From an uncultured Eubacteriales bacterium (GTDB lineage Bacteria; Bacillota; Clostridia; Oscillospirales; CAG-272), in assembly GCA_934796165.1 (NCBI GenBank), contig CAKVOU010000006.1, positions 4,119 to 68,118 on the forward strand: 64,000 nucleotides of DNA. Direction: 5' to 3'. Positions 61,818 through 64,000 of this stretch are shown here, in pieces (position 1 is the first letter of the stretch; the number at the start of each line of letters is the position of its first letter). Under the pieces are notes generated by a model. That model did no database searches, was not told where the DNA came from, and was given only the letters and a program-made list of their open reading frames with translations. The position numbers were made by a program, and so were the translations under genes.

Positions 61818-62255
61818 ATGCGTTCTCCGGTTTTGCCTGCGGGGGTTACTTCCCTCGCGCGGCTTCGTTTGTTTGCGGAGATCCTGTTTTTCTTCTCGGT
61901 CGGCAGCATGGGGTACTACCTGCTCGAGGTGTTGTTCCGCGGGTACTCGCACGTCAGCATGGCGATCTGCGGCGGGCTGTGCTTCCTTTCGCTCTACGCG
62001 CTCGACGCGTGTATGCCCCGTACCCCGCTTTTCCTCCGCGCCGTGTCCGGTGCGCTCGTCATCACCGCGTGGGAATTTTTGTTCGGCGTACTCGTCAACC
62101 TTGTCCTCGGTCTTGGCGTATGGGATTATTCCGCGCTCCCGTTTTCCTTCCTCGGGCAGATCTGCCTGCCCTTCACGGGGCTGTGGTATCTCGTGAGTCT
62201 CCCCGCCATGGCGGTCTGCCGCACGCTCCGGCGGCGGGTGTTTACGAGGAGATAG
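61818..62255 (+). CDS. Small integral membrane protein (4 TM; resembles the 'putative ABC-transporter type IV' family)
   Basis: GGGGGAGG RBS 8 nt before ATG 61818. Hydrophobic helices, with a GVWDYSALPF motif recalled from that family. Confidence 0.5.
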   Translation: MRSPVLPAGVTSLARLRLFAEILFFFSVGSMGYYLLEVLFRGYSHVSMAICGGLCFLSLYALDACMPRTPLFLRAVSGALVITAWEFLFGVLVNLVLGLGVWDYSALPFSFLGQICLPFTGLWYLVSLPAMAVCRTLRRRVFTRR

Positions 62256-62311
62256 CGCAAAAAAACACACCGAAGACCGCGCTGACCCGGGAGTGCTCCT
62301 TTACCGTGAAA

Positions 62312-62373
62312 GGCAGCACAGGCAAAGAGTGCCAGCCCGGATGGCAGCACAGGCAAAGAGCGCCAGCCCGGAA
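62312..62373. repeat. 31-bp tandem duplication, intergenic
   Basis: GGCAGCACAGGCAAAGAG(T/C)GCCAGCCCGGA occurs twice. Confidence 0.8.
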
Positions 62374-62384
62374 AATATCCGGCA

Positions 62385-62422
62385 CAAAAAAGCGACCCTC
62401 TCGCCGAGGATCGCTTTTCTTT
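62385..62422. terminator. Bidirectional terminator between the small membrane protein gene and the MATE gene
   Basis: AAAAAAGCGACCCTC-TCGCC-GAGGATCGCTTTTCTTTG. Confidence 0.7.
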
Positions 62423-62430
62423 GAATTCCG

Positions 62431-63873
62431 TCAGCCGACGGGCGTTTCTGTTGCCTTTTCGGCATTCTGACGCACGGCGGCTGATGCGTCGCGCTCTTTC
62501 TTTTGCCGGATCAGCTTGTTCTTGGTGACGATACAGCAGGCAAAGTGGATCAGCGCCGTCAGTCCCCAGGAAAGCGGATAGGAGATATAGATCGCGCCGA
62601 GCGTCGGGTCTAGGCGGAATACCGTAAAGATCCAGACGACGCGGAGCACGCAGGAACCGACCAGCGACACGACCGTCGAGGTCACCGACTTGCCAAGCCC
62701 ACGGAGCACGCCGGAACCGACCTCCATAAAGGAGCACAGGAAATAGGTGGTCAGCATATACAGCATCCGCGTGACAGCAGTGCTCATGGCAATGCTGTCA
62801 AGACTGCCGTCGGCACCCGCCTTCACTCCGTACAGGGCAAGCAGCGGCTCTCTGAGGAGAAGCACGATTCCGGACATGACCACGGCAATGAGGAAGGTCA
62901 CGAAATAGCAACACTTCATGACGCGGGACACGCGCTCATACTTCTCCGCACCGACGTTCTGGCTCGTGAAGGTGACCGACGCCTGATGCACCGAGTTGGT
63001 CGCGGTATAGGCGAAGTTCTCCAGGTTTGACGCGGCGGCGTTACCCTTGACGACCGGCTGATACGCGCTGTCCGCAGGGCACATGGTGTTGTTGACCTGA
63101 AGGATCGAGGACTGGATGAGCATATTGGAAAGCGAGAACAAAGCGCCCTGAAGTCCCGCGGGAAGTCCCACATAGAGGATGTCTCCGAACGCGCTCCGAT
63201 CCATGCCGAGCTTCCGGAATGAAAACCGGCAGGCGCCCTTTTCTTTGGACAGGCAGATGACAAGGAGAACCGCCGAGACCGCGTTGGAGATGGAGGTCGC
63301 ATACGCCACTCCATCCACCGACATATCGAGGGCAAGCACAAAAAAGAAGTTCAGTCCGACGTTGAGCAGTCCCGTCGCGGTCAGGATATACAGCGGCGTG
63401 CGGGTATCGCCCTTGGCGCGCAGGATTGCAATGGCGTAGTTGGCAAGCGAGGAAAACGGAACACCGATGAAATAAATGATGGTGTACCGTACCGCAAGGT
63501 CAAGCAGTTTTCCCGTGTTTCCCATCGCGGCAAGCACCGGGCGTGTGACAAGAAGACCGACAACGGTCCCCGCCACGCCGAAGAGCACGCTCATACAGAT
63601 CGAGGTATGTACCGCGCGGGACGCCTTTTCCGCGTTTCCGCTGCCGAGATGCCGGGCAACCACCACGTTCGCGCCAACCGAGAAGCCGATAAAAATATTG
63701 AGAATCAGGTTGATGAAGGCGCCCGTCGTTCCGATCGCGCCAACCGCGTCCGGCTCCCGGGACAGGCTGACGACCACCATGTCCGCCGCGTTATACAGCA
63801 CCTGAAGCAGGTTGGTCAGGGCAAGCGGCAAAACGAAAAGGAGGATCTTGCCAAGCAGCGGCCCCTCCGTCAT
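62431..63873 (-). CDS. MATE-family efflux transporter
   Basis: Start at MTEGPLLGKILLFVLPLALTNLLQVLYNAADMVVV. 12 TM helices in two halves. Confidence 0.85.
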   Translation of the reverse strand: MTEGPLLGKILLFVLPLALTNLLQVLYNAADMVVVSLSREPDAVGAIGTTGAFINLILNIFIGFSVGANVVVARHLGSGNAEKASRAVHTSICMSVLFGVAGTVVGLLVTRPVLAAMGNTGKLLDLAVRYTIIYFIGVPFSSLANYAIAILRAKGDTRTPLYILTATGLLNVGLNFFFVLALDMSVDGVAYATSISNAVSAVLLVICLSKEKGACRFSFRKLGMDRSAFGDILYVGLPAGLQGALFSLSNMLIQSSILQVNNTMCPADSAYQPVVKGNAAASNLENFAYTATNSVHQASVTFTSQNVGAEKYERVSRVMKCCYFVTFLIAVVMSGIVLLLREPLLALYGVKAGADGSLDSIAMSTAVTRMLYMLTTYFLCSFMEVGSGVLRGLGKSVTSTVVSLVGSCVLRVVWIFTVFRLDPTLGAIYISYPLSWGLTALIHFACCIVTKNKLIRQKKERDASAAVRQNAEKATETPVG

Positions 63874-64000
63874 GTTGATCTCCTGTCGGAATAAGCTTTT
63901 GACTTTCACGATTTCAGTTTCCCTTTCCCTCCGGCAAAACACCGGACGAAGGTATTATACACAGAAGTCCGGGTCTTGTCAACAGGCAGGGGACGGATTC

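Noticed and set aside
1-64000. Search for tRNA/rRNA genes, IS elements or transposases, integrases, phage genes, CRISPR-Cas, restriction-modification, toxin-antitoxin or other defence modules
   Set aside because: I recognised none on either strand. The window reads as core chromosome plus surface and transport accessory genes. A systematic tRNAscan, Infernal and defence-HMM scan would be needed to be certain.

Overview
GC-rich 64-kb chromosomal segment, most likely from a spore-forming Clostridia-type Firmicute. The taxon call rests on spoIIAA-spoIIAB-sigF, spoVG, hprK, a T-box leader, an ECF S-component and lipobox lipoproteins. About 50 CDS are supported, mostly on the minus strand. I found no rRNA, tRNA, CRISPR array, IS element, prophage or recognisable defence genes. 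Left to right the content is: (1) a STAS / PP2C sensor phosphatase / RsbW-like kinase module packed against a short HlyD-like protein, a C39-peptidase ABC exporter and a second ABC exporter that runs off the window. (2) A DMT transporter and an ArsR / HMA / P1B-ATPase metal cassette. (3) A Trp T-box controlling a stand-alone TrpB2. (4) An AbrB-like protein with an ABC-2 exporter, and an RluA-family synthase with a repeat-encoded N-terminus. (5) A 13.5-kb seven-gene carbohydrate ABC locus with a 1129-aa binding protein, two permease pairs, a 1221-aa secreted protein and a propeller-TPR-Yip1 membrane protein, but no ATPase and no regulator. (6) Housekeeping genes: an rRNA methyltransferase, ECF-S plus coaX, malic enzyme, fumC and a PHP hydrolase. 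(7) Three lipoproteins (one BspA-type LRR protein and two paralogous TIM-barrel-like proteins) that share a Cys/His module. (8) hprK, a PrsA-like protein, three translationally coupled low-complexity proteins, yfcE-like, spoVG, murC, the sigF operon, tatD-like, gpsA, metG, nagA and a MATE pump. The best candidates for an undescribed system are the carbohydrate locus, the sigma-less partner-switch/exporter operon, the lipoprotein trio and the low-complexity trio. I also report dispersed GC-rich palindromic intergenic repeats, several perfect or near-perfect tandem intergenic repeats, and recurrent low-complexity N-terminal extensions on housekeeping enzymes. All family assignments come from motif reading and memory of families; no searches were run.
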